Assembly: GCF_009914755.1 (NCBI RefSeq)
Contig: NC_060937.1
Length of the DNA stretch: 64,000 nucleotides
From: the human T2T-CHM13v2.0 reference genome, Homo sapiens
Strand: one strand, 5' to 3'
Shown here: piece by piece, positions 41,861 through 54,100 of the stretch
How positions within the stretch are numbered: the first letter of the stretch is position 1
How the letters are laid out: each line of letters starts with the position of its first letter
Program-made: the position numbers and the translations under genes
The notes under the pieces: generated by a model
The model's database searches: none
Told to the model about the DNA's origin: nothing
Seen by the model: the letters and a program-made list of their open reading frames with translations, nothing else

Positions 41861-44800
41861 CAATGAGTAGTTACACACTCGTTAGAGGATTCTGACTTCC
41901 AAGACTACCATCTTGCATTTTAGTGCTTTTTAAAAAAAAGAAATTAAAGAATGATTATATTTTGAGTCCACTGCCCAAAGGCCAAAAGGCCACAGTCCAA
42001 AGATCAAAAGATTAAACAAAATTATCACTTTAATGAATTCATCATTCAGATTTATTATGTTGATGTATTTATAGGTTAGCACTTCATAGGTCATTCTATC
42101 ATTTAAACAAATTCAAAATAAGCAGCAATTATTATCATTTCTAAATAACTTAGCACTCCAAAATAAAATACGTCAGAAGAACCCTCTGAAAATTAAACAT
42201 CATCACACCAGAATGAAGAAAAGGACTTCTATTAATCAAGTAAAGCTGCTTTTTTCTTTTCTTGTATTTTGTTTTAGTACCAACTTATTAATAATTTAAC
42301 AATTCAGAAAGTCCAAGTGTATGCATTGGAATTCTTCAAGAAAACAGCTTGGGCCATGGACAATGGGGAAAAGCAAGGCAGAATGACTGTCCACGTAGGA
42401 ACACTTCTCTGCTCAGGGAAGTGGTGAGTGAGTGAGTGACACCAGGGAACCATGCTTCTCCCATGGATCTGTGCAACCCTCGGGTAAAGTGATCCCTAGT
42501 GAACCCACTCCACCAGGGCTTTCAATCTGACGTGCAGAGTTACGTGGAGTCTTGGCAGAGCAGCCATTTAGGCACACGCAGAGCCCCAGGAACTTTAGAT
42601 ACCCAGGCGTTCCGGCAAAAGCAGCTGCAACTCTGGCAAAGCAGGAGATTAGACACCCGTACATAGCTCTAGGAAAGGAGTTGAATCTAGCGGACTGAGA
42701 AGCAATGGTCTGCAGGCCATGCTTCCATGGCACCTGGCAGGATAAGACCCACTGGCTTGGAACTCTAGCCAGCCATGGGTAGCAGTGTTACATCTCCCTG
42801 AGACAGAACTCCCAGAGGGAGGGTTGGGCTGCCATCTTTGCTATTTTGCGGGCTTAGTCATTGATGCCTTTGGCCTTTAGGGACTCTGAGGTGACTAGGG
42901 ACTGGAGTGGTCCCCTAGCACAGCACAGCAGCTCTACAAAGAGGCAGTTAGACTGCTTTTTCACATGAGTCGTGGATCCCATTTATCTTCACTGGGTGGA
43001 ATCTCCTGACCAAGGCCTGCAACCACCCTTGTTGGTGCTTTCCAGCTGGCAGCCGTTCCAAACCTCTCTGGGATGAAGCTCCCAGAGGGGATGGGTGGGC
43101 CACCATCTTTAAGTATTTCACAGCCTTAGACGTTGTCACCTTCAGGGTTTGGAGAGTCTCAGGTGACTGTGAGCTGGATCAGACCCCCAACATAGCACAG
43201 CAGTTCTATGAAAAAGCAACCAGACTGCGTTTTTTATGGAGGTCCCCAATCTTATTCCTCCTCACTAGTCAGAACCTCCTGACTAGGGTCCCCAGCCACC
43301 CTCACCAGTGTGTTCAGGCCAGGAACAGGTCTGGAATTTCCTGGGATGGAGCTCCTAGAGGAAGGGGCAGGCCACCATCTTTGTTATTTTGCAGTTTTCA
43401 CTGTTGATATCTCTAGATATTAGAAAATCCAGCGTAACTAGCGACTGGAGCAGACCTCTTAACCCTATAGAAAACTGGTCAGACTCTTTGTTATGTAGGT
43501 CCTCAATCCCATATCTCCCCTCTTGGTGTGTCCTCCTGGCCTGAGTCTCCATCTCCAGCCACCCTCTACTGTGACTGTTGAGCCAGTAGCTTATCTGCAA
43601 CTCTCTGGGACACAGCTCCCAGTGGAAGAGGCAGTTTGCCATCTTTGCTATCTCATAGGCCTTGATCTTGTTGTCTCCAGGCTTTGGAGAGTCTGTGGAA
43701 GCATGGGCTGGTACATACCCACAGGAGAGAACACCCACCTCATAGAAAAGTGCCTGGACTGTTCTCCATGCAGGTCCTGGCCCTCACTTCTCACTGGGAA
43801 GGGCTGCTCGACCTGGGACTCCAGCACAACCACCATGCCCCTGCCTGACCAATTCAATGAGAGGCAGCCCAGCAGTTAAAGGAATACCCACACTCCAATA
43901 TGAGAAAGAACCAATGCAAGAACTCCAGCAGCTTAAATGGCCAGAGTGTCTTATGTCCTCAAAACAACTGCTCTAGTTCTCCAACAAGGGTTCTTCATGA
44001 GGCTGAGTTGGCTAAAATAACCGAAATAGAATTCAGGATATGGATAGGAATGAAGATTATCGAGATTCAGGAGAACGGCAAAACCCAATCCAAGAAAGCT
44101 GAGAATCACAATTAAATGGCAAAGATTTCATAATGAAAACACTAAAAGCAATCACAACAACAGCAAAACTTGACAAATGGAATCTAATCAAATTAAAGAG
44201 CTTGTGCACAGCAAAAAAAAAAAAAAGAAACTAACAATGGAGTAAATGGACAACATAGAGAATGGGACAAATTATATGTTTTCATATTGGCTGCTGCTAG
44301 TCTTTCTTTTCCATATTTAGTGCCTCTTCAAAGATATCTTGTAAAGGAGTTCTGGTGGTAACAAACTTTCTCAGCATCTGCTTCGAAAAGGATCTTATTT
44401 CTCCTTCACTGATTTTATATCCAGAAAACCCCATAGCCTCAGCCCTAAAGCTCCTCAGCTGTCCCATTTACAATTGCCACAGAAAGAGTAAAATACCTAG
44501 GAATACAGCTAACCATGGAGGCAAAAGATTTCCACAAGGAGAATTACAAACCACTGCTCAATGAAATCAGAGATGCCACAAATAAATGGAAAAATATTCC
44601 ATACCCATGGTTAGGAAGAATCAGTATTTTTAAAATGACCATATTGCCCAAAGCAATTTGCAGACTCAATGCTATTACTATCAAACTGCCAATGACATTC
44701 TTCAGAGAACTAGGAAGAAGTATTTTAAAATTGATATGAAACCAAAAAAGAGCCCTAATAGACAAAGCAATCCCAGGCAAACAGAACAAAGCTGGAGGCA

Positions 44801-45096
44801 TCATGTTACCCAGTTTCAACTATACTACAGAGCTACAGTGACCAAAACAGCATGGTACTGGTACAAACAGACACATAGACTAATGGAACAGAATAGAGAG
44901 CCCAGAAATAAGGCTGCATACCTAAAAACACTGGATCTTCAACAAAGCTGACAAAAATAAGCAATGGGGAAATGATTCCCTATTCAATAAATGATGCTGG
45001 GATAACTGGCTAGCCATATGCAGAAGACTGAAACTGGACCCATTCGTTATACCATATATAAAAATCAAATCAAGGTGGTTTAAAGACTTAAATGTT

Positions 45097-45404
45097 GGCC
45101 AGGTGCTGTGGTTCATCCCTGTAATCCCAAAATTCTGGGAGGCTGAGACAGGCGGATTGCTTGAGTCCAGAAGTTTGAGATCAGCCTGGCCAACATAGTG
45201 AAACCCCATCTCTACTAAAAATACAAAAAAGTAGCCAGGGTGGTGGCACATGCCTGTAATCCCAGCTACTCTGGAGGCTAAGATGGGAGAACCACCTGAG
45301 CCCAGGAGGTCAAGGCTGCAGTGAGCTGAGGTTGCCCCACTGTGCTCCAGCCTGGGCAACTAGAGTGAGAGCCTGTCTCAAATTTATTTAAAAAAAATGT
45401 TTTT
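45097..45404 (+). mobile_element. AluJb nested in the L1
   Basis: J-type gagcccaggaggtcaaggctgcagtgag; TSD aagacttaaatgt at 45083-45095 and 45405-45417. Confidence 0.95.
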
Positions 45405-46499
45405 AAGACTTAAATGTAAAACCCAAAACTATAAGAAACACTGGAAGACAACCTAGGCAAAATGACACAGGAGCTGACACACAAAATTTTCAGTAAAAAA
45501 AAGAGACTAACTGATGTGCTAGAGCTGAAAAACATGCTATAAGAACTTCAAAATGCCATAGCAAGTATTAACAGCATAATAGACCAAGCTGAGGAAAGAA
45601 TCTCAGAACTTGAAGAATGGCTTTCTGAAATAAGACAGACAAAAATAAGGATAAAAGAATGAAAATTAATGAACAAAACCTCTGAGAAATACAGGATTAT
45701 GATAAGACAACAAATCTACAAATCATTGACATCCCTGAAAAGGACATACGGAAGGCAAAAAAACGTGGAAAACATATTTCAGAATATTGTCTCTGAAAAT
45801 TTCCCTAACCTTGCTAGAGAAGCCTATAGGCAAATTCAGGAAATATAGAAAACACCTGAAAGATTCTCCATAAAAAGATCATCCCAAGACACATAATTAT
45901 CAGATTTTCTAAGGTTGAAACAAAAGAAAGAATGTTAAAGACAGATAGAAAGGGCAGGTCATCTGCAAAGGGAACTCAATCAGGCTAACAGTGAACCTTT
46001 CAACGGAAATCTTGCAAAGCAGAAGAGATTGGGGGCCTATAGTCAACACTCTTAAAGAAAAGAATATTCAACCAAAAATTTCGTATTCAACCAAAATAAG
46101 CTTCCTCAGCATTCCTGATTTGGCTCTTGGCTTGGCAATTGTTGGTGTATAGGAATACTAGTATTTTTGTAAATTGAATTTGTATCCTGAGACTTTGTGA
46201 AAGTTATTTAACACCTGAAGGAGCTTTTCGAAGAAAATTTTTGCCAACTATGCATCTGACAAAGGTCTAATATCTAGCATCCATAGGGAGCTTAAACAAA
46301 TTTACAAGCAAAAGACAAACAAACAAAACATTAAAAAGTGGGCAAAGAACATGAACACTTTTCAAAAGAACACATACATGTGGCCAAATAGCATATTTAA
46401 AAAAGCTCAGAATCATTAATCATTAGAGAAATACAAATCAAAACCACAATATGCCATCTCACACCAGTCAGAATGGCCATGATTTAAAAGTCAAAAAAT

Positions 46500-46538
46500 G
46501 ACAGAGCAAGACTCTGTCTCAAAAAAAAAAAAAAAAAA
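46500..46538 (+). mobile_element. Extremely 5'-truncated Alu (21 nt plus poly-A)
   Basis: gacagagcaagactctgtctc + A18; TSD aaaagtca(a/c)aaaat at 46486-46499 and 46539-46552. Confidence 0.92.
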
Positions 46539-46614
46539 AAAAGTCACAAAATAACAGATACTGGTGAGGTTGCAGAGAAAAGCAAATGCTTATACGCTGT
46601 TGGTGGGAGTGTAA

Positions 46615-46694
46615 ATTAGTTTAACCATTGTGGAAAGCAGTGTGGTGATTCCTCATTAGTTTAATCATTGTGGAAAGCAGTGTGGTGATTCCTC
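46615..46694. repeat. 40-bp tandem duplication within the L1 (1 mismatch)
   Basis: attagtttaa(c/t)cattgtggaaagcagtgtggtgattcctc x2. Confidence 0.95.
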
Positions 46695-48001
46695 AAAGTG
46701 CTAAAAATAGAACTACTGTTCAACTCAGCAATCCCATTACTACCCATTACATACCCAAATGAACATTAATCATTCTATCATAAAGACACATGCATGTGTA
46801 CGTTCATCACAGTGCTATTCACAATAGCGAAGACATGGAGTCCACCTAAATGCCCCTCAGTGGTAGACTGGATAAGGAAAATGTGGTACATACACTCTAT
46901 GGAACACTATGCAACCATAAAATGGAATGAGATCATGTCATTTGCAGGAACATGGGTTGAACTGGAGGCCATCATTCTTAACAAACTAATGCAGGAACAG
47001 AAAACCAAGTACTGCATGTTCTCACTTATAAGTAGGCACTAAATGATGACAAAACATGGACACCAAGAGGGGAACAACTGACACTGGGGCCTATTTGAGG
47101 GTGGCAGGTGGGAGGGAGAGGAACAGAAAAAATAACTATTGCGTACTTGGCTTAATACCTGGGCACCAAAATAATCTGTACAAGAAACCCCCATGACATG
47201 AGTTTACCTGTGCACATGTACCTCTGCACCTAAAGTACAAGTTTTCTAAAAAGCCTATTACTTAAACATAATTTCTCATCTAATGTATAATAGTAAAGAT
47301 ACATATGTACATGTCCTAAATTTTCTTCAAAGTTTTTAAATGTAAAAAGGTAATTTTATTATTTGCAGAAATGATTGTTTCATCTATTTACTTGTTATTT
47401 AGAATTCATATAGAATTTTTTAAAAGATACACTGAAAGAAATTGTTTTAGTAAAAATACGTAGACATTGAATTATTTAGCTATCCATGCATAATTTAGAT
47501 AATTGCTTTTAGAAGATATCCTGTTTTATGAAAGTCTGTAAAAGGGAGATTAAATACTGTGTTTTCTTAGAAGATTTCCTTTTCAAACATTTTTGGCATG
47601 TTATGATAATTTTCCTAAAACTATGAATATTAGGCCAATTTACTGGTGCCACTGTGAAAACTCTATGAGATGCTTTATGAAAATCGTATCATTTGTACTT
47701 GATATTCCCAGAGAAATTTAATTATAATTAGTCAATTTGTACATTAAAAGATATTGTGTTCAACTTTAAATATAAATGGAAGCACAGAAAGCAGTGACAG
47801 CAGAAACTTAATTCCATGTTAAATGATATCAAAATAATTGGTCAAGAGGAAAAAAATTAGGGAAGAAGGAGTTGAGAGCAAGCAGAAGGTGTCAGAGTGG
47901 TGTCTGCATACTGCAGGTGGCATCAGTTAGGACATGAAATGAGTTTTCAGGTGAATAAGCACGGAGTTAATCAATTTGAAAAGAAAACTGATTTTACACC
48001 T

Positions 48002-48402
48002 ACATATCCACAATTCTTTATACAAAACATTTGGGGCAAGATGCATATGGAAAATGGAATCTTTTGGATTTTAGCAAGGTAACAAGGAAAATGTACTTTA
48101 TGATATAAAACATCTCAGTAGGGTTTGGACAGCATCTTACAATTAAACACATTACTATTTCTTTATATAAAATATGTCTTTTCAAATACCACAGAATAAA
48201 TAAAGACCATAACTATTCACATATCAGTTTTGGTTTGGTTTTGCCAGCAAATGAGTTCCAGTGACATTACAGTGTGCTGCCAAATGAGAGTTAACAAAAA
48301 ATAAAAGCAACAAAAACAAAAATAATCAAAAACAAAGCAAAACAAACTTTTTATTTTCAGAGTTCAGATTTTAGAACTGTAGATAAAGGACTGAGGCCCT
48401 GT
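48002..48402. mobile_element. Ancient TcMar-Tigger-type DNA element (Tigger15a/MamRep434-like)
   Basis: ta|catatccacaattctttat ... gataaaggactgaggccctg|ta degenerate inverted termini; ttggggcaagatg..ttttggattttag. Confidence 0.55.
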
Positions 48403-50169
48403 AATATATGTGTGTTTTTATAGTGTCCGGCTTATCCTCAAATTGTTTTAGGAGAGAAAAAATTTATTCACCTGAAAATATTAGAGATTGTGTTACTATA
48501 ACATGTAATCCAGAGATTCAATTTTGCAGTTCAGGTATCACAGCAGCAAAGGAAAAATATTAAACCAATATATGTGCAAAGGGCAGTTAAAAGACAAATT
48601 TGTGTGTAGGGGTAAGTAGGAGGTCTTAGCAGGCAAAATTCAGAAAGACCAAGAAAAAAATTTCTTGTTGCAGTTGTGCAGGTGTTTTTAGCATGATTAT
48701 TGTCCATTCACCTCCAACTGAGGTCCTATGGATGAGATTCATCAGTGTGAAGACAATGACAATAGTATGTGATAGATGTAGTGTTAGTGGTATGTCTCAG
48801 CTTCCATAGACCCTGAGGCAGAAGCACTTACTTTTGCTGAAGACTAGAGGAGGCCTTACTGAGGAAGTCCTGCTTAAGTTGAGTCTTGGTAGATGAGTCA
48901 TCTTTCAGTCAGACTGCCGGAACTTCAGTGTGCTTTCATGCATGGAATAAGGAACTGTGGCTGTAGACATGTTGCTATTGCATATATTGAATACTGGTGA
49001 CTCACTAGCAACAGTTGGGTCTGTTCACAAAGGAGACTGAACAGACCTGTGTAAGAACCACCTTTCCTGGTCACAGCTGTGGCTATTTCACTGAGTATGG
49101 CCATTTTGTTAATTACCTAGATTTTATTCCAGCACTTTCTTAGTATGCTAACTCTGCTCTTATAGCTTAAGTTTCCCCCATTTGTATTCACCTGCGTGTT
49201 TCAATCCTGTTAAGTGGAGTTAGATGTGAAATGTGACTTGGAATCCATGGAAATTACTTTAAAAATTGTGATATTCTTCTATTTAACACAGGAACAGCCA
49301 TGTAAAAACTACTGGAAAGCACTGTAGTCAAAGTTTGTTTTACCCTGACAAAAAAAGACCGAGTAAATAGACATTGTGAGCCTTGTATTTCAGCTGTGCA
49401 TGATGCAACAGCTTCTTGCCAGCGAAATAGAGGAACCCTAAATAGGCAACAGTTGCAGTTACAATATTTGCTGAATCCAATACACATGAAATAATGAGGC
49501 AGTCGTCTCTAAAGGCTTGCAGACCAGCTGAGACAAAGCAGAGAAAGGAAAAAAAAATTCAAAAACAGAAAGAAATTGGGAACTAGCCAATCCACTGGTT
49601 AAGAATAAAAGGCTCAGTTGGGAGCTAAACGGGGCACATAGTAGCCTAGTCCGATGGCCTGAGCAAAGTAAAAGCTGAAAAACCAAAAACGAAAAACAAA
49701 ACACTTAAGTCAGAAAAAGAGATAAGTCAGAAAAAGAGAGAGAGAAAGGAAAAAGAGAGAGAGAGAAAAGAGAGTAAGAGACTCTAAGACTCTTAAACAT
49801 GACTATAGCTCCTAAGACGTAAAGGACTTTTTCAACTGAAGAGGTTAAGGAATTTTACCATGTTTCCATATTAGTACAATTTACAGGAAAAAAGCTAACA
49901 TCTACCAGAGGCAGTCTGACTTTTCTTTCTTAAATGAACTACTGAAAATTTGTCTAGGCATATGTCCCAAAGATCATAGCTTATGAACCTAAACCGTTTG
50001 ACAAACAAAGCACTGATGACTGGTCTTGTGATTAGATTCAATGAGCCTTCATTTAATATTGAGAAAAGAATAGTTAAAAATTTAGTATGTTATATTTTAA
50101 AAAGCTTCAGAAATTGAGCTAATTAATAACTTCAGACTTCATAGCCATAGCTCCATTTATTTAACTCTT

Positions 50170-50282
50170 TCATTCCTTCTCTCTCTTTTTCTTTTTCCTT
50201 CTCTTTTTTCCTTCCTTCCTTCCTTCCTTCCTTCCTTCTCTCTCTCCCCATACCCACTCTCTCTCCTTTTCATTCTTTCCTT
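50170..50282. repeat. (TTCC)n/CT-rich tract
   Basis: Direct reading. Confidence 0.9.
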
Positions 50283-51267
50283 TGTTACATTGCTATAGTT
50301 TAAGCAAGTACTGAGTAAAGTACTAGTAATTATTTTTTATTGTTGCTTAATCCAAGTAAAGACTATAGTGCTTGGGCATAATTGACTCAGTGGAGGTATA
50401 AAAATATAAATTACGTCTAGAGTTTTCACATTTCATTTGGTATAAATTTTATATTTTGACTTTTAATATTTAGATTCATGTTTATTTTTTCTCTCAAAAA
50501 TCACAGTCATGTATGGAAGCAACAGTCAAGAAGTTCCTAAATAATATTTATTAGTAAATTTATATATTTTTCAAAACAAACCTGGTTATGTTTTTCTTAA
50601 ATGTATTCATAAAAGTTTCACTGAACTGTATTCACTACAAAATTTAATGATTTCTGTAAATTAGAAACACTCTTTTATTTCCTGGGAAAATTTGAGGAAA
50701 GTAGGCAATGATTTTGACTTCAATTTTTTCTCTATTTAAAATTAAAATGTTGAGTATTCTGCGTACAAGTTGCAGAATAGAAGATCACAGATTTCCTTCA
50801 CCAAATTCTGACAAATATGAACACAATAACGGAGTTCTGCAAAATTTTTCTCATTGAAGTGCAGTCACATTCTCTAAAATGGTGGGTAAGCAAAGAACAA
50901 GAAAACTCTTAATGATAAAAGAGTGGACCCCAACTTTATGTCCCAATTCCCAGAGGAGATACTGGGGAAAGGAGGTAGGTAGAAAAAAATTGACATTCTT
51001 CCCTAATGCACACCCTTCCCAACACACATTTAATTCATTAGAAGAGAAGTTGACTGAATAAATAAACAGAAAAGTACTCAAAATAATCCCCTACCAATCA
51101 TTAAGGATGTTAGTGTTTAAATATTTCAGTGCTTCAAAAGTAGATGCAGGAGAAAGTACCGAAGATTGCTACTTTCAGGGTTCTAAGTAGAAAATTTTCC
51201 AGGTTAGGAGTTATTTTCCTTAGAATTAAAATATGTTTCTGTTGATAAGGGTGTTTGGCTAAGTCCC

Positions 51268-51902
51268 CAAAGGAATTGCAACAAAAACAAAAACTGACAT
51301 GTGAGACCAAATTAAACTAAAGAGCTTCTACATAGTAAGAGAAACTATCAATAGAGTAAGTAGACAACCTACAGATTGGGAGAAAATATTTGCAAACTGT
51401 GCATTCATCAAAGGTCCAATATCCAGAATCAATAAGGAACTTAAACAAATCAACAAGCAAGAAACAACCCCATTAAATAATGAGCAAATGACATGAACAG
51501 GCACTTCTCAAAAGAAGTACAAGTAGTCAAACATATGAAAATATGCTCATCATCTCTAATTATCAGAGAAATGCAAATCAAAAACCACAATGAGATACTA
51601 TCTCACACCAGTTAGAATGGCTACTATTAAAAAGTTGAAAACCAAAAGCAACAGATGCTGGTAAGGCTACAGAAAAAAAAAAAAAAAAAGGAAAGAAACA
51701 CTTAAAAATTCCTAGTGGGAATGCAAAGTAGTTCAGCCACTGTGGAGAGCAGTTTGGAGATTTCTCAAAAACTAAAAACAAAGCTACCATTCAACCCAGC
51801 AATCCATTACTGGGTAAATACCCAAAGGAAAAGAGATGATTATGCCAAAAAGACACATTAGTTCATATGTTCTTTGCCACACTATTCACAACAGCAAAAA
51901 CA
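51268..51902 (+). mobile_element. L1PA15/16-L1PB-type late ORF2 fragment
   Basis: attaaactaaagagcttct..agacaacctacagattgggagaaaatatttgcaaact..ccacaatgagatac. Confidence 0.9.
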
Positions 51903-53370
51903 TTTTATCAGTCCCTTCTTATGCTGCTAATAAAGACATACCCAAGACTGGGTAGCTTATAAAGGAAACAGGTTTTATTGACTCACAGTTCAGCATGGGG
52001 AGGCCTCAGGAAACTTACAATTATGGTGGAAGGGGAATCAAACACATCTTTCTTCACATGGCAGGAGCAAGAAGTTCAGAGTGAAGGAGGAGATAGCCCC
52101 TAAAACCATCAGATCTCATAAGAATTCAGTCACTATCAGGAGAACAGCATGGAGGTAACCACCTCCATGATTGAATTACCTCCTACTGGGTCCCTCTTAA
52201 GACTCATGGGGATTGTGGGAACTAAAATTCAAGATGAGATTTGTGTGAGGACAGCCAAACCGTATCATTATGCCCTTGCCCCTCGCAAATCTCATGTCCT
52301 CACATTTAAAAACACAATCATGCCTTTCAAACAGTTCCCTAAAGTCTTAGCTCATTCCAGCATTAACCCAAAAGTTCAAGCCCAAAATCACATCTGAGAC
52401 AAGGCAACTCCCTTCTACCTATGAGTTTGTAAAATCCAAAGCAAGTTAGTTACTTCTGAGATACAATGAGGGCACAGGCATTGGGTAAAGGCACCCATTC
52501 CAAATGGGAGACATTAGCCAAAATAAAGGGGATCTAGGCCCCATGCAAGCCCTAAATCCAATAAGGCAGTTATTAAACCTTAAAGTTTCAAAATGATCTC
52601 CTTCCACTCCATGTCTCACATCCAGGTCACGTTGAAGCAAGAGGTGGGCTCCCATGGCTTTGGGCAGCTCTGCCCCTATGGCTATGCAGGGTACAGCCTC
52701 CCACCTGGCTGCTTTCATAGGCTGGTGTTGAGTGCCTGGGGCTTTCCAGGTGCACGTTGCAAAAGCTGTCAGTGGGTCTACAATTCTGGGGTCTGAAGAA
52801 TGGCAGTCCTCTTCTCACAGCTTCATTAGGCAGTGCCCCATTGGGGACTCTGTGTGGGGGTTCCCACCCGACATTTTCCTTCCGCACTGCCCTAGCAGAG
52901 ATTCTCTACGAGGGCTCTGCTCCTGCAGCACACCTCTGCCTGGATATTCAGGCACTTCCATACATCCTGTGAAAGCTAGGCGGAGGTTCCCAAACATCAG
53001 TTCTTGACTTCTGTGCACCTGCAGGCTCAACACCACGTGGAAGGTGCCAAGGCTTGGGGCTTGCACCCTCCGAAGCAATGACCTAAGCTGTAGCTTAGCC
53101 CCTTTTAGCCATGGTTGGGATTGCTGGGACACAGGTCACCAAGTCCCTAGACTGCACACAGCAGGGGAGCCCTGGGCCCTGCCCAGGAAATCATTTTTTC
53201 CTCCTAGGCCTTTGGGCCTTTGATGGGAGGGGCTACTGCAAAGGCCTCTGAAATGTCTCAGAGACATTTTCCCCATTGTCTTGTTGATAAACATTTGGCT
53301 CTTTGTTACTTATGCAAATTACTGCAGCTGCCTGAATTTCCCCCAGAAAAGGGGTTTTTCTTTTCTACTT
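51903..53370 (-). mobile_element. THE1C/D 3' LTR (51903-52268) plus truncated THE1 internal region
   Basis: gctgctaataaagacatacccaagactggg ... cagccaaaccgtatca, then cccctcgcaaatctcatgtcctcacattt; ORF-track peptides are MaLR-internal-like. Confidence 0.93.
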
Positions 53371-53766
53371 GTTTGTTTCCCTTTGGAAAAATGGTTAATT
53401 TAGTATTCTTGCCAACTTTATAGAGTATAACTACCTGAATAACAAGAACCTACCATTTGTAGCTATTAAGATTACAGAAATTTGAGGGTTTGTGATAAAT
53501 TACCTCCTTCAGTATTCTTGTGGTGACACAAACTAAACCACTGTCCAATCAAAAAGCATAAGTTCATGAGCTGCAAATAACTATCGAGTCATTCAAAATA
53601 TAAGATGGATGAAATCTGTTATGACCAACAATATGTTTATTGGGACATCAATCAAAGTCCCTGATGGCCTTCTTGTAAACCTTCTGTAGGTAAGTCAACT
53701 GGCTTAGCAGGGCAAAACAGATGCCAGTCTTCCTTCCGGTAGATCAAGAATGCTAATTGGAATAGC

Positions 53767-53779
53767 ATGACTCAGCAAT
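53767..53779 (+). promoter_or_regulatory. Consensus ARE/MARE (NRF2/BACH1/NF-E2) with embedded AP-1 site
   Basis: ATGACTCAGCAAT in unique sequence; motif match only. Confidence 0.4.
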
Positions 53780-53889
53780 AATCATCTCTAAATAAAAATT
53801 ACTGCACCAGGAAACTGGCTGACCCCCAAATAATAGAAATTTAAAGATTCTCAAAAAGCCATGGGAAAAGTGAGAAGCAGGGAATTAAA

Positions 53890-54100
53890 ATTTTTAAATA
53901 ATAGCTTTATGACTGGTAGTGTAGTAAAATTTTATATTATCTCATTTAATCTTATGACTGTCCTTTCATATCAGTGTTACTCTCTTCATTTATAGATGAA
54001 GTAAGAGAAAATTAAAATGCCTACACCCAGCTAATAAATGTAAGCACACAAATTAGCAACTGTTATTGTCTAACTCCAGAGATCATGTGCCTTTAACTTA
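53890..54100 (-). mobile_element. MIR
   Basis: atattatctcatttaatctt..cttcatttatagatgaagtaa. Confidence 0.7.

Larger units (their letters stand above)
42350..47250 (+). mobile_element. L1PA13-like element, internally scrambled (8 segments, 2 inverted)
   Basis: 5'UTR with four ~270-bp units; ORF1 start MRKNQCKNS at 43900; ORF2 pieces out of order; L1PA13-type 3' end (gaaaaaataactatt..aaaataatctgtacaa..aaacccccatgac). Confidence 0.92.

Noticed and set aside
52149-53423. Cluster of overlapping GC-richer ORFs
   Set aside because: THE1 LTR and internal sequence with no intact frame.
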